Assembly: GCA_028711505.1 (NCBI GenBank)
Contig: JAQTSC010000003.1
Location: 9,397-73,396, forward strand
Source: Minisyncoccota bacterium
GTDB lineage: Bacteria; Patescibacteriota; Minisyncoccia; JAHISW01; Tagabacteraceae
DNA length: 64,000 bases
Reading direction: 5' to 3'
Shown: positions 1-9,290 of the stretch, piece by piece
Numbering within the stretch: position 1 is the first letter of the stretch
Layout: each line of letters opens with the position of its first letter
Program-made: the position numbers and the translations under genes
Notes under the pieces: model-generated
Database searches by the model: none
Seen by the model: only the letters and a program-made list of their open reading frames with translations
Told to the model about the DNA's origin: nothing

Positions 1-285
1 GAATTTGTGGGGAGCGGAGGATATGACCCGAGCCGTTTGGCAAGCCAGGTTGTTGTTGGTGTAGGTTTTCTTGGCGCCGGAATAATTTTTTCTTCCCAAA
101 AAGAAGTGCACGGCCTTACGACCGCGGCGGCAATTTGGGTTTCCGCCGCCGTCGGCACGGCGGTCGGTCTTAAATTTTACGCGGTTGCCGTCTTTACCGC
201 GATGCTCACTGTTTTTATTCTTTGGTTTTTAAGGCTTATAGAAAGCAAAGTTCCAAGGGCGGAAGGAAAGGATGAAATATCTTAG
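1..285 (+). CDS. MgtC/SapB-family membrane protein, C-terminal fragment (5' end outside window)
   Basis: Translation GLTTAAAIWVSAAVGTAVG... resembles the conserved MgtC C-terminal TM region; reading frame is open to window start. Confidence 0.5.
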   Translation, partial: EFVGSGGYDPSRLASQVVVGVGFLGAGIIFSSQKEVHGLTTAAAIWVSAAVGTAVGLKFYAVAVFTAMLTVFILWFLRLIESKVPRAEGKDEIS

Positions 286-1381
286 AGGGATCGGAATTAT
301 TGTCGGACTTATGTTCGGGGCGGGAATTTTTGCCCTTCCTTATACTGTTTTAAAATCGGGGGTATTGTGGGGGCTTATACATTTTTTTGTAGCCCTCTTT
401 TTAATAATTTTTCTTCATCTTCTTTATGCGGAAATTTCTTTTCGCGCGGGTGACGGCCACCGGTTTGTCGGTTATGTGCGGATGCTTCTGGGAGAAAAGT
501 ACAAGAGTTCGGCGCTTTTCATAACCCTCGCGTCGTACTACGGGACGCTTTTGGCTTACGGTGTTTTGGGAGGCATTTTCCTTTCCAATTTTTTTGAAGA
601 AAAACCGGTGTTTTTTGCTACGCTGGCGTTTTTTGTTTTTGGCTCCCTTTTTCTCCTTCTAAAAATGGGGAATATCGCTTTTTTAAATTTTTGCCTTTCA
701 ATTCCACTTTTTGTTTTCGTCGTCATTCTTGCCTTTTTGCTTTTTCCGTCTTTTGACACGGCAAACTTTCATCTGTTGCCGCAAAATGAAATTGCTGGAA
801 ATTCAAATTGGTTTTTGCCGTACGGTGTCTGGATTTTCGCCCTGTCGGCTCTTGCCGTTATTCCAGACGCGCGAGACCTTTTTCGCTCGTCGTCTGTTAG
901 AAATTTGAAGAGAGTCGTTTTGGCAAGCATTTTTTTGTGCGCCGCGGCTTATCTTCTTTTTACTTTCGCGGTGCTGGGCTCAAGCGGTTTGGAGACAAGC
1001 GATGACGCTTTGTCCGGGCTCTCCGGTATTTTGGGCAGTAAAATTATCTTAGCGGGTTCTATTATGGGTTTTTTGGCGGTTTTCACTTCTTTTCTCGCCT
1101 TGGGTTTTGACCTTCTTCAAATTTTCCGTTTTGATTTCAAAATTTCAAAAACCGCTTCGTGGTTTTTGGCGATAGCGCCTCCTCTTCTTTTTTTCCTCTT
1201 GGGTTTTCATAATTTCGGTAAAATTATCGGAGTGGTCGGCACGATAGGCATCGGCTTTACGGGTTTTTTGGTTATTTTAATGGGATGGAAATCAAGAAAA
1301 AATTTTTGGATTGCCGGAGTCTTAGCATCTTTGGCGATTTTTGCCGCGGTTGCTTACGAAGTTTTTAATATTTTTTTCTGA
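272..1381 (+). CDS. Polytopic membrane transporter, aromatic-amino-acid/APC-like permease
   Basis: 369 aa, about 11 predicted TM helices; N-terminus GAGIFALPYTV resembles Trp/Tyr permease family; overlaps upstream gene by 14 nt. Confidence 0.4.
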   Translation: MKYLRGIGIIVGLMFGAGIFALPYTVLKSGVLWGLIHFFVALFLIIFLHLLYAEISFRAGDGHRFVGYVRMLLGEKYKSSALFITLASYYGTLLAYGVLGGIFLSNFFEEKPVFFATLAFFVFGSLFLLLKMGNIAFLNFCLSIPLFVFVVILAFLLFPSFDTANFHLLPQNEIAGNSNWFLPYGVWIFALSALAVIPDARDLFRSSSVRNLKRVVLASIFLCAAAYLLFTFAVLGSSGLETSDDALSGLSGILGSKIILAGSIMGFLAVFTSFLALGFDLLQIFRFDFKISKTASWFLAIAPPLLFFLLGFHNFGKIIGVVGTIGIGFTGFLVILMGWKSRKNFWIAGVLASLAIFAAVAYEVFNIFF

Positions 1382-1395
1382 CATTTTGACCAAAC

Positions 1396-2652
1396 ATGAA
1401 AATAATCGCTGATTTTCACATCCACTCCAAATATTCCCGCGCCGTTTCCCGCGATATGGTTTTGGCAAATATCTCTAAAACCGCCGCGAAAAAAGGAATT
1501 CAAGTTATGGGCACCGGAGATTTTACTCATCCCGCGTGGTTTGATGAAATTAAAAAAGAACTTAAGCCGGCGGAAGAAGGTCTTTTTAAAATCAAAAACG
1601 ATGAAACAAGATTTATGCTTACCGCGGAAATCGCCAACATTTATTCAAAGGGCGGAAAAACGCGGCGCGTCCATAATGTGATTTTTTCTCCCACGATAGA
1701 GGCGGTGGAAAAAATAAACAATAAATTAAACTGGATAGGAAATTTGAAATCCGACGGCAGGCCCATGCTTGGTTTGGATTCTAAAAAACTTCTGGAAATA
1801 ATTTTGGACGCCGACCCGCGGTGCGTTCTCGTCCCTGCTCACGCGTGGACCCCGTGGTTTTCCATTTTCGGTTCGATGTCGGGATTTGATTCCATAGAAG
1901 AATGTTTTGACGATTTGAGCGGCCATATTTTCGCGATTGAAACGGGGCTTTCATCGGACCCGGGAATGAACTGGCGGCTTTCCGCTTTGGATAAAATTTC
2001 TTTGATTTCAAATTCCGACAGCCACTCGCCTTCAAAAATCGGAAGGGAAGCGAATGTTTTTGACTGCGATTTAAGTTATGACGGAATATTTTCCGTTATA
2101 AAAAAGACCGAACCTGCCGACAGGCAGGCGGGAAAATTTTTGTACACGATTGAATTTTTTCCGGAAGAAGGCAAATATCATTTTGACGGGCACAGCGCCT
2201 GCAAGGTTTCTTTTTCTCCGGAAGAAACGAAAAAATTGGAAGGTTTGTGTCCGGTATGCGGAAGAAAAATGACAATAGGAGTTTTAAGCAGGGTAAACGT
2301 TCTGGCGGACAGGGGAGAAGGGGCAAAACCCGCGGGCGCGGTTCCTTATAAAAATTTAATTCCTCTTAACGAGATAATCGCCGAAGCTAAAGATGTCGGC
2401 GTTCAGACAAAAACCGTCGGCGGCATCTATGAAAAATTGCTTGACGAGTTTGGCACGGAAATGGAAATTTTGCTTGAAACGCCCGTTGAAAAAATTTTTG
2501 AAATTGCAGGAGCTCGCGTTTCCGAAGGATTAAAAAATATGCGCGAAGGAAAAGTAAAAATAAAACCCGGGTATGACGGCGAGTATGGAAAAATTTCTTT
2601 GTTCGGCGAAGGCGATGAAAAAGAAAAACAGACACAAAAAAGTTTATTTTAA
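1396..2652 (+). CDS. PHP-domain metal-dependent nuclease, EndoQ-like, with Cys-rich zinc-finger-like segment
   Basis: N-terminal DFHIHSKYSRAVS PHP motif, further His/Asp clusters (HAWTPWF, SNSDSHSP), CPVCGRK segment; overall architecture like endonuclease Q. Confidence 0.5.
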   Translation: MKIIADFHIHSKYSRAVSRDMVLANISKTAAKKGIQVMGTGDFTHPAWFDEIKKELKPAEEGLFKIKNDETRFMLTAEIANIYSKGGKTRRVHNVIFSPTIEAVEKINNKLNWIGNLKSDGRPMLGLDSKKLLEIILDADPRCVLVPAHAWTPWFSIFGSMSGFDSIEECFDDLSGHIFAIETGLSSDPGMNWRLSALDKISLISNSDSHSPSKIGREANVFDCDLSYDGIFSVIKKTEPADRQAGKFLYTIEFFPEEGKYHFDGHSACKVSFSPEETKKLEGLCPVCGRKMTIGVLSRVNVLADRGEGAKPAGAVPYKNLIPLNEIIAEAKDVGVQTKTVGGIYEKLLDEFGTEMEILLETPVEKIFEIAGARVSEGLKNMREGKVKIKPGYDGEYGKISLFGEGDEKEKQTQKSLF

Positions 2653-2662
2653 AAATAAACAA

Positions 2663-2688
2663 GCCCCGGGCAATGCCTGGGGCTTTTA
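2663..2688 (+). terminator. Rho-independent terminator after EndoQ-like gene
   Basis: agccccgggcaatgcctggggct hairpin followed by T-run. Confidence 0.5.
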
Positions 2689-2897
2689 GAAAGAAAGGAG
2701 AGTGTAAAAGAACCGAAAACCGGATTCGAAAAAAGGAAACAAAGTCTCAAAAAATGAAACAGTCCTTAAGGGGTCAATGACCCACTCGCAGGCTCTTGGA
2801 GAACTCGATTCCTCCCTCCGCATCCACTCGTCAACAGAACTCTGTTTATATGATAAAATTTTATTTGTAAACCTACAAGCATTTTCTGTGGATAACA

Positions 2898-4151
2898 ATG
2901 AACAAAGAACTTTCCAAAATTTTATACGAAATGGCGGAATATTACGAAATAGAAGGGACCGCTTTTAAGCCGCAGGCTTATACAAAGGCCGCTATGTCTA
3001 TTGAGTCTTTAGCTTTGGATATTTCGGAAATTTACAGAAAAGACGGAATAAACGGCCTTAAATCTATTTCCGGCGTCGGTTCCGGTATCGCCGAGCGCAT
3101 TGAAGAGTATATGAAAAGGGGAAAGATTGAAGATTACGAAAATTTAAAAAAGAAGTTTCCCGCGAACGTTTCAGAGCTTACTTCCGTAGATGGCGTCGGA
3201 CCTAAACTTATAAAGCTTTTTTACGACAGGCTAAAAATAAAAGATATTAATGGTCTTGAGAAGGCAGCAAAAAAAGGGGAAATTAAAAATCTTCCAAGGT
3301 GCGGAGAAAAATTGGAAAAGAAGATTTTAAAATGGATTGAATTTTACAAAAAATCCGTTAACGATTCTTTGCCGGAAGAAATTTTCGGTTTGCCAAAAGA
3401 TAATGGGCTGGGGTTTATTGAGGAAAAAGATATCAAAGGCGATTTGCATGTTCACTCCCATTACAATGCTGATAAAGAGTTTGTAAACAGGATGATACAA
3501 AAAGCGGCAGAGAGGGGATATGAATATCTTGGAATTTCCGACCACACGAAATTTCTCGCGATTGAACACGGGCTAAACGAGAAAGAATTGATGGAGCAGG
3601 CGGAACTGATAAAAAAATTAAGCTCGGAGCATAAAATTAAAATCTTTCACGGATGCGAAGCCAATATCTTAGCCGACGGTTCCATTGATATTTCCGACGA
3701 CGCTTTGGCAAAGCTTGATTATGTGATAGCGGGAGTGCATTCGCAGATGAAAATGCCGAAAAAAGAAATGACGGAGAGAATAATAAAAGCGATGGAAAAC
3801 CCCAATGTCGATATTATTTCTCACCCGACCGGACGAATAATCCGCCAGCGCGATGAATTTGAAATTGATTTTGATGAAATTTTAAAAACCGCAAAATTAA
3901 CCGGAACTATTTTGGAAATTAATTCCAATCCGTACAGATTGGATTTAAAAAGTTCCAATATAAAAAAAGCGAAAAAAGCGGGGGTGATGATGATTATAAA
4001 TTCCGACGCGCATCAGCCGGAACAGATGGATTTTATAAAATTTGGAATTGAAGAGGCTCGCAAGGGAGGAGCGGAGAAAAAAGATATTTTAAATATTTTG
4101 CCTTTGCAAAAATTTGTGGAGTTTTTTAAGAAAAAGAAAAAAGACAGATAA
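2898..4151 (+). CDS. PolX-family protein: N-terminal 8kDa/HhH DNA-binding domains fused directly to C-terminal PHP phosphoesterase; palm (nucleotidyltransferase) domain apparently absent
   Basis: N-terminus matches Pol beta-like lyase/fingers (GVGSGIAERI, VDGVGPKLIK HhH motifs); C-terminal GDLHVHSHYNAD...ISDH...SHP...NSDAH PHP motifs; only 417 aa versus about 570 for full PolX. Confidence 0.6.
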   Translation: MNKELSKILYEMAEYYEIEGTAFKPQAYTKAAMSIESLALDISEIYRKDGINGLKSISGVGSGIAERIEEYMKRGKIEDYENLKKKFPANVSELTSVDGVGPKLIKLFYDRLKIKDINGLEKAAKKGEIKNLPRCGEKLEKKILKWIEFYKKSVNDSLPEEIFGLPKDNGLGFIEEKDIKGDLHVHSHYNADKEFVNRMIQKAAERGYEYLGISDHTKFLAIEHGLNEKELMEQAELIKKLSSEHKIKIFHGCEANILADGSIDISDDALAKLDYVIAGVHSQMKMPKKEMTERIIKAMENPNVDIISHPTGRIIRQRDEFEIDFDEILKTAKLTGTILEINSNPYRLDLKSSNIKKAKKAGVMMIINSDAHQPEQMDFIKFGIEEARKGGAEKKDILNILPLQKFVEFFKKKKKDR

Positions 4152-4164
4152 AGATAAAAAAACA

Positions 4165-4186
4165 AAACCGCCGATGGCGGTTTTGT
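4165..4186. terminator. Bidirectional hairpin terminator between polX-like gene and tmRNA
   Basis: aaaaccgccgatggcggtttt perfect stem-loop flanked by A-run/T-run. Confidence 0.5.
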
Positions 4187-4195
4187 GGTGTGATG

Positions 4196-4533
4196 TGGAG
4201 ATGGTGGGATTTGAACCCACGTGAGAAAGAAAATCTTAAAATCGTCTACAAGCGTATTCCGGTTGTGTAGACGAAGCGTTTAGACCGGACGAAAAGCGCT
4301 TCGTTTTTTCTCCTTTTAGTCCCCGCGTTTTGGAGAAAAAAGCGGGCAAGCCTCAAAATGACGCCCGCGATCCCCTATGAGACATCCGGGACGGACGGCT
4401 TAAGCGTAATTACGCTAAAGCAGGTGCTAATTGAAAATTTGCACTTATTTGTTTGGCGAATGATTTGGGAGGTTTCGCCAGCCTCCGCTTGCGAACTTTG
4501 AGACTGTTCTCTCTACGATTCCTTTCACCCCCG
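4196..4533 (-). ncRNA. ssrA: tmRNA (SsrA)
   Basis: Minus strand: 5' GGGGGTGAAAGGAATCGTAGAG resembles the conserved tmRNA 5' GGGGnnGAUUCUGGAUUCGACGGG. The 3' end is a tRNA-like T-arm GTGGGTTCAAATCCCAC followed by CATCTCC, which pairs with the 5' GGGGGTG including a G3:U70 Ala-identity pair. Internal ORF GCA AAT TTT CAA TTA GCA CCT GCT TTA GCG TAA gives tag ANFQLAPALA. Lies immediately downstream of smpB. Confidence 0.7.
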
Positions 4534-4980
4534 TTATATTTCTTTTTTCAAATTTCTCTCAATTTCCCGTTTGCTTTCCCTCTCTTTTATCTTTTGCCTT
4601 TTGTCGTATTTTTTCATCCCGCGCGCCACCGCAAAAGAAAGTTTTACAAGACCATTTTTAACAAAAACGGACACCGGAATCAAGGTGAGCCCTTTTTGGG
4701 ATTCTTTTCCGGAAAGATAATCTATTTCTTTTTTATTGAGAAGCAGTTTGCGCGTTCTTTGTGAATCATAATCTTCAGGCGTGTTCTTTGGCTGGTAGGG
4801 AGGCACTTCCATTCCAACTATAAACGCTTCTCCTCCTCTTATTACAACGTGAGCGCCAGCCAAGTTTCCGCGTTTCATTTTAAGCGATTTTACTTCAAAA
4901 CCCAAAAGCCGCATCCCTGCCTCAAATTGTTCCAGGATTTCGTAATCAAAATTTGCCTTTTTGTTGTCCAGAAGCGTCAT
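4534..4980 (-). CDS. smpB: SsrA-binding protein SmpB
   Basis: 148 aa; FDYEILEQFEAGMRLLGFEVKSLK...GGEAFIVGMEV typical SmpB; adjacent to tmRNA. Confidence 0.9.
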   Translation of the reverse strand: MTLLDNKKANFDYEILEQFEAGMRLLGFEVKSLKMKRGNLAGAHVVIRGGEAFIVGMEVPPYQPKNTPEDYDSQRTRKLLLNKKEIDYLSGKESQKGLTLIPVSVFVKNGLVKLSFAVARGMKKYDKRQKIKERESKREIERNLKKEI

Positions 4981-5087
4981 GAATATAATTATATTTTACC
5001 TTGAAATGTTTTACTAATGGGAAAAGAAAACGCGGGGTTTTTTGACCCCGCGTCCAATAACTTTTTTGTGCTGTATTTTGCGCAGAA

Positions 5088-5852
5088 TTAAAAAGGGATA
5101 TTGAAGGTCAATCCTCCTCGAATTTTATTACAAGCAAGATTGTCTTCGTCCCCGAATCTTTTTTGAAAAAAGATCATCGGGCTGAGCGTCGCTTTCCAAA
5201 AAGGCATTGCAACGGGCAAGGACAAAACCAGTCGTCCGTAGTTTAATGTTTTTGGTTCGCTTCCATAAGCTCCGTCGTTTCCGCCAAAACATAAATCCAG
5301 ATTCAGCTTTTGCTTGTCAAAGGGCAGGTCAATCGCGTAGAGAGCTCCAAATTTCCACAAAACTCCGCCTTCAACAATGTCTTTGTCGGTCGGCCAGTCT
5401 TTTTCTATGACTCCATAGAACGAAACCCCTTTTACCGGCGGGGATATAACCCTGAAACAAAGAGCGTGGAGATCTCCGTTTATTTCGCCGATACGGTACA
5501 TATCGCCAAACAAATATTCAAGTCCAAACCTCCAGCCGTTAATTGTTTTGAAGACGTCAAGCATATAATCGTTTTCATCTCCAAAATCGGAATTGAATCC
5601 GCCTCTCGGACTTACAGACGACCAAAATGTGCCGGAGAAATCTACAATCTCCGTTTCCATGCCCAAAGTGGCGCTTTGCTGAAACACGGGATCGTCAAAG
5701 ACAAGAGACCCTGACATTCCGCCTGTATAATCGGTGTAATATCCGAAGTTTAGGTTTCCGCCGAGTTTTGTCTCCGCGCTTGCCATTTGCGCCGCCATCG
5801 CCGTAAATACTGCAAGAAAAGCGCAAAACATAAAAACCTTCCATTTCTTCAT
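5088..5852 (-). CDS. Secreted beta-rich protein of unknown function (signal peptide)
   Basis: Likely start at internal MKKWKVFMFCAFLAVFTAMAAQMASA (cleavable signal peptide), preceded by GGAGGGAGG RBS; Gly/Tyr/Phe/Asp-rich body; tracked ORF extends to 5915. Confidence 0.45.
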   Translation of the reverse strand: MKKWKVFMFCAFLAVFTAMAAQMASAETKLGGNLNFGYYTDYTGGMSGSLVFDDPVFQQSATLGMETEIVDFSGTFWSSVSPRGGFNSDFGDENDYMLDVFKTINGWRFGLEYLFGDMYRIGEINGDLHALCFRVISPPVKGVSFYGVIEKDWPTDKDIVEGGVLWKFGALYAIDLPFDKQKLNLDLCFGGNDGAYGSEPKTLNYGRLVLSLPVAMPFWKATLSPMIFFQKRFGDEDNLACNKIRGGLTFNIPF

Positions 5853-5964
5853 TTTTCCTCCCTCCCTTGTTTTCAAAGATTTACGAATTCTAAGATGATT
5901 TATAAAAGAAGTCAAGCATAGAAAAAGACGGAGTTTTGCCCCGTCTTTTGTTTAGGTTTTTGGC

Positions 5965-6708
5965 CTAATATTTTTTAACCACCGTAATTCTCGGGCAGGC
6001 TTCTTTGTAAATCGCCGCGAGAAATTCTTTTATCGGAATGAAGAAATTTGCAGTATTTCTCCATGCCTTTTCTACTTTATCATTGTTTTTTAGTATCTTT
6101 TTTCCTGACCAAACGCCGGCGCATAGGATAAGGATACCTTTGCCGATTTTGTACCAGATGTCCTCGAACACAACAGAAGAGAAACCGAGTTTTAAGAGAG
6201 GCCAACCTATTTGGAATAAAAGCATCCAAACTAAAAGCACGCAAAGTGCCGTTAAGCATGCCTCAGCCGGTGTTAACCACATCTTTCTTTTGCTGTCTTT
6301 CCCAAACCGGCAGAGAGGATGAAATTTTAGAAGCCCTTTGTTGTAGTCGATGATAAGAGGTCTTCCAAAAAAAAGCGCCGGCAGCGCCACGATGGCGGAA
6401 AGAGTTAAAAGCAGCGCAAAAAATAAAGTTCCTAAAAACAATCCCCAGTAGAGTTTGCAGAGGCTAAAGGGGATCGAGTCCTCTTTTGGGCCAAACCAGG
6501 AAAAAAGGTCGAAATGTTTGCTTCCGGCATTAAAAAGAAAGCAATACCGGAAGATGTGTCCGGCGACAAATCTACAATTGCCATCTTCGTCTTTAGGGTT
6601 TTTAAAATCAACCATCATCCCCATTAAAACAAGGATGAAAACGAAGTAACCGGGAATTACCATCGGCCATCCCCAAAGCCATTCGCAGATGCTAGCTAGC
6701 ATGTTCAT
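5965..6708 (-). CDS. Polytopic membrane protein, unknown function
   Basis: Multiple TM segments; likely start at MNMLASICEW with GGAGGGG RBS upstream; tracked ORF begins at TTG 6741. Confidence 0.4.
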   Translation of the reverse strand: MNMLASICEWLWGWPMVIPGYFVFILVLMGMMVDFKNPKDEDGNCRFVAGHIFRYCFLFNAGSKHFDLFSWFGPKEDSIPFSLCKLYWGLFLGTLFFALLLTLSAIVALPALFFGRPLIIDYNKGLLKFHPLCRFGKDSKRKMWLTPAEACLTALCVLLVWMLLFQIGWPLLKLGFSSVVFEDIWYKIGKGILILCAGVWSGKKILKNNDKVEKAWRNTANFFIPIKEFLAAIYKEACPRITVVKKY

Positions 6709-6820
6709 ACCCCTCCTTTTTTGTTTTGCGTATTTTGTCAAAGCCGGAAATCGGCGAAATATCTTGTTGTATAATACATTTTTAATCTTGATTTGTCAAG
6801 AGCAAGAAAAAACTCCGGTA

Positions 6821-6850
6821 TTGACCAAAACGCGATTACTTGTATATAAT
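6821..6850 (+). promoter_or_regulatory. Sigma70-type promoter upstream of secE-nusG
   Basis: TTGACC, 18-nt spacer, then TGTATATAAT (extended -10) about 60 nt upstream of secE. Confidence 0.4.
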
Positions 6851-6909
6851 AGGAAATAACAAATGTAAGCCCGGAAGGGGGCTTTTTTAATAAAAAGAAG
6901 TTTTAGAAT

Positions 6910-7095
6910 ATGTTTGAGAAGTTAGTAAATTATCTGAAAGGCACGAAAGCCGAACTTGGATACGTGAACTGGCCGACAAAAAAGCAAACGGTTAATTTTA
7001 CCCTGCTTGTTATCGGCGTTTCGCTTCTTGTGGCGGCTTTCCTCGGTTTTTTTGACACGATTTTTACCTTTCTTCTTGAGAAATTTGTTTTTTAG
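6910..7095 (+). CDS. secE: Preprotein translocase subunit SecE
   Basis: 61 aa, single C-terminal TM helix, positioned immediately upstream of nusG as in the canonical secE-nusG operon. Confidence 0.7.
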   Translation: MFEKLVNYLKGTKAELGYVNWPTKKQTVNFTLLVIGVSLLVAAFLGFFDTIFTFLLEKFVF

Positions 7096-7110
7096 TTTTT
7101 TCATAAATAT

Positions 7111-7704
7111 ATGGAAGAAAACAATGCGATAACGCCGGAGACAAATGTTTCCAAGAGCGAGAACCCAAAGCCGAAACAGGAAGGCCGGTATTGGTATGCC
7201 ATACATACTTATTCGGGCTACGAAGACGCGGTTGTCCGCAATTTAAAACAGCGAATAGAATCGCTTGGAATGGAAGACAAGATTTTTAACGTGGTTGTCC
7301 CGACGGAGAAAAAAATAAAAATTAAAGGGGGTAAAAGAAATATCGTTGAAGAAAAACTTTACGCCGGATACGTTCTTGTCGAGATGATGGTAACGCATGA
7401 TTCGTGGTATGTCGTGAGAAATACTCCGAGGGTAACAGGTTTTGTCGGTTCGGGCACGACCCCGACTCCATTAAGAGAAGACGAGATAGATAATCTTTTT
7501 CAGAGAATGGGAGCGAAAGAGCCTAAGTATAAGGCGGATATCAGCGTGGGCGAACAGGTAAAAATAGTCGACGGTCCGTTTAAGGATTTTGAAGGCAGAG
7601 TAAGCGAAACCGATGAAAGCAGGGGCAAGATAAAAATCCTGGTTTCCATGTTCGGAAGGGAAACCCCTGTTGAACTTGATTTTTTACAGGTAAAAAAGAT
7701 ATAA
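7111..7704 (+). CDS. nusG: Transcription termination/antitermination factor NusG
   Basis: NGN domain (WYAIHTYSGYEDAV) and C-terminal KOW motif (GEQVKIVDGPFKDFEGRV). Confidence 0.9.
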   Translation: MEENNAITPETNVSKSENPKPKQEGRYWYAIHTYSGYEDAVVRNLKQRIESLGMEDKIFNVVVPTEKKIKIKGGKRNIVEEKLYAGYVLVEMMVTHDSWYVVRNTPRVTGFVGSGTTPTPLREDEIDNLFQRMGAKEPKYKADISVGEQVKIVDGPFKDFEGRVSETDESRGKIKILVSMFGRETPVELDFLQVKKI

Positions 7705-7731
7705 ATAGTAATTAAGAATCAGCCATAAGCC

Positions 7732-7932
7732 ATGAGCAGAGTCGGAAAAACAAACAAATCATACAGCAAGAGATTAAAAATTACCAAAACAGGCAAGGTG
7801 CTTCAGCGCGGTCCCGGCATGGGACATTTCAATGCCAAAGAAAGCAGGAGCAAGCAGCTTCCGAGAAAAAAATTAAAAAGCTTCAATATCGGCAGCAAAA
7901 AAAACATGAAGCATTATCTGCCGTTTAGTTAA
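7732..7932 (+). CDS. rpmI: 50S ribosomal protein L35
   Basis: 66 aa very basic; KRLKITKTGKVLQR matches L35 consensus (KRFKxTGTGK). Confidence 0.8.
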   Translation: MSRVGKTNKSYSKRLKITKTGKVLQRGPGMGHFNAKESRSKQLPRKKLKSFNIGSKKNMKHYLPFS

Positions 7933-7937
7933 TCAAT

Positions 7938-8285
7938 ATGACACGAGTAAAAAGAGGAACAACTTCATTAAAGAGGAGGAGAAAGGTTTTAAAACAGACA
8001 AAGGGATATTTGTGGGGCAGAAAATCAAAAGAGCGCGCCGCGAAAGAGGCGCTTTCTCACGCGTATCTTCACTCTTTTCACGACAGGCGGAAAAAGAAAA
8101 GAGATTTCCGAAAAATTTGGCAGATTAAAATCAATGCTGCCAGTCGCGAACACGACCTTTCTTACAGCAAATTTTTGGGTTTTCTGAAAAAGGCCAATAT
8201 CGGAATAAACAGGAAAATTTTGGCGGATTTGGCGGAGAACAGGCCGGAAGTTTTCGAACAAGTGGTAAAAGAGGCGATTAAATAA
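7938..8285 (+). CDS. rplT: 50S ribosomal protein L20
   Basis: MTRVKRGTTSLKRRRKVLKQTKGY...ASREH typical L20. Confidence 0.9.
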   Translation: MTRVKRGTTSLKRRRKVLKQTKGYLWGRKSKERAAKEALSHAYLHSFHDRRKKKRDFRKIWQIKINAASREHDLSYSKFLGFLKKANIGINRKILADLAENRPEVFEQVVKEAIK

Positions 8286-8321
8286 AACAAACAGCGGAGT
8301 AATAAAAAACAAAAACAGAAA

Positions 8322-8837
8322 TTGCAAAAAAGACCGAGAATAAATAATGAAATAAACGGATTAGAATTGCGCCTTTTGGACGAAGAGGGAAAAAATCTTG
8401 GCGTGGTTAAAACTGGCCAAGCGATTGAGATGGCGAGAGACAGAGGGCTAGATCTTATAGAAATTTCGCCCAATGCCGCTCCTCCGGTTGCCAGAATAAT
8501 GGACCTCGGAAAATTCCTTTATAACGAAAAAAGAAAAGAAAAAGAATCGGCAAAAAGCGGGCAGGATTTTTCGGAGATGAAGAACGTAAGAATCCATCTG
8601 GGTACTTCGGAACACGACCTTGAAATGAAAGCCGGCCAGGCATCGGAATTTTTGAAAAAAGGGAATCGCGTGCGGGTGGAGCTTTTTTTGAAAGGGCGTG
8701 AAAAATATCTTGAAAAGAATTTTTTAAGAGGGAGGTTTGACAGGATTTTGAATTTGATAGCGGAAAATTACAAAATTCTCCAGGACGTAAAAACCGGCCC
8801 GAGAGGCATAAATATAGTAATAGAAAAAATAAAATAA
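8322..8837 (+). CDS. infC: Translation initiation factor IF-3
   Basis: [22 protein letters not shown]... and C-domain ([15 protein letters not shown]) typical IF3; no ATG at 5' end (frame opens with TTG 8322 and ATA 8340). Confidence 0.85.
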   Translation: MQKRPRINNEINGLELRLLDEEGKNLGVVKTGQAIEMARDRGLDLIEISPNAAPPVARIMDLGKFLYNEKRKEKESAKSGQDFSEMKNVRIHLGTSEHDLEMKAGQASEFLKKGNRVRVELFLKGREKYLEKNFLRGRFDRILNLIAENYKILQDVKTGPRGINIVIEKIK

Positions 8838-8838
8838 T

Positions 8839-9264
8839 ATGGCAAAAGAAATTAAAACAATTTTAAAGCTTCAAATTCCAGCGGGAAAAGCGAACCCCGC
8901 GCCTCCGGTTGGTCCCGCCTTGGGTCAGCACGGAGTGAACATCGGGGATTTTGTGAATAAGTTCAACGAAGCCACGAGGGACAAGGGAACCGATATTATT
9001 CCGGTTGAAATTACCGTTTACACGGACAGGACTTTTGAATTCAAATTGAAAACTCCTCCCGCGTCGGACCTGCTTAGAAAAGCTGCCGGAATTGAGAAAG
9101 GCTCCGGAGCCCCTCATATAAAGAAAGTCGGAAAAATAAATAAACAGCAGCTGCGTTCTATTGCAGAGCGCAAGATGGAAGATCTGAATGCTAATGACGT
9201 GGAAGGCGCGGAACGTATTGTTAAAGGCACTGCCCGTTCCATGGGGATAGAAGTGGAGCAATAG
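8839..9264 (+). CDS. rplK: 50S ribosomal protein L11
   Basis: [35 protein letters not shown] canonical L11 N-terminus. Confidence 0.9.
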   Translation: MAKEIKTILKLQIPAGKANPAPPVGPALGQHGVNIGDFVNKFNEATRDKGTDIIPVEITVYTDRTFEFKLKTPPASDLLRKAAGIEKGSGAPHIKKVGKINKQQLRSIAERKMEDLNANDVEGAERIVKGTARSMGIEVEQ

Positions 9265-9290
9265 TCGAATTTCGTTTTGGTGTGATCTGT

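Noticed and set aside
4369-4375. Alternative tmRNA 5' end at GGGGATC
   Set aside because: It would give only about 180 nt and leave the tag ORF outside the RNA. The 4533 end matches the conserved GGAUUCGACGGG-like motif and pairs 7/7 with the 3' acceptor strand.
4453-4764. 103-aa + strand ORF
   Set aside because: It lies antisense across the tmRNA and the smpB 3' end and has TTG start and low-complexity FFF/LLL content. It is a spurious ORF.
6867-6890. Short hairpin plus T-run upstream of secE as a terminator
   Set aside because: The stem is only 5 bp (agccc/gggct) and no co-directional gene lies upstream. It is more likely incidental or a weak leader structure and was not listed as a feature.
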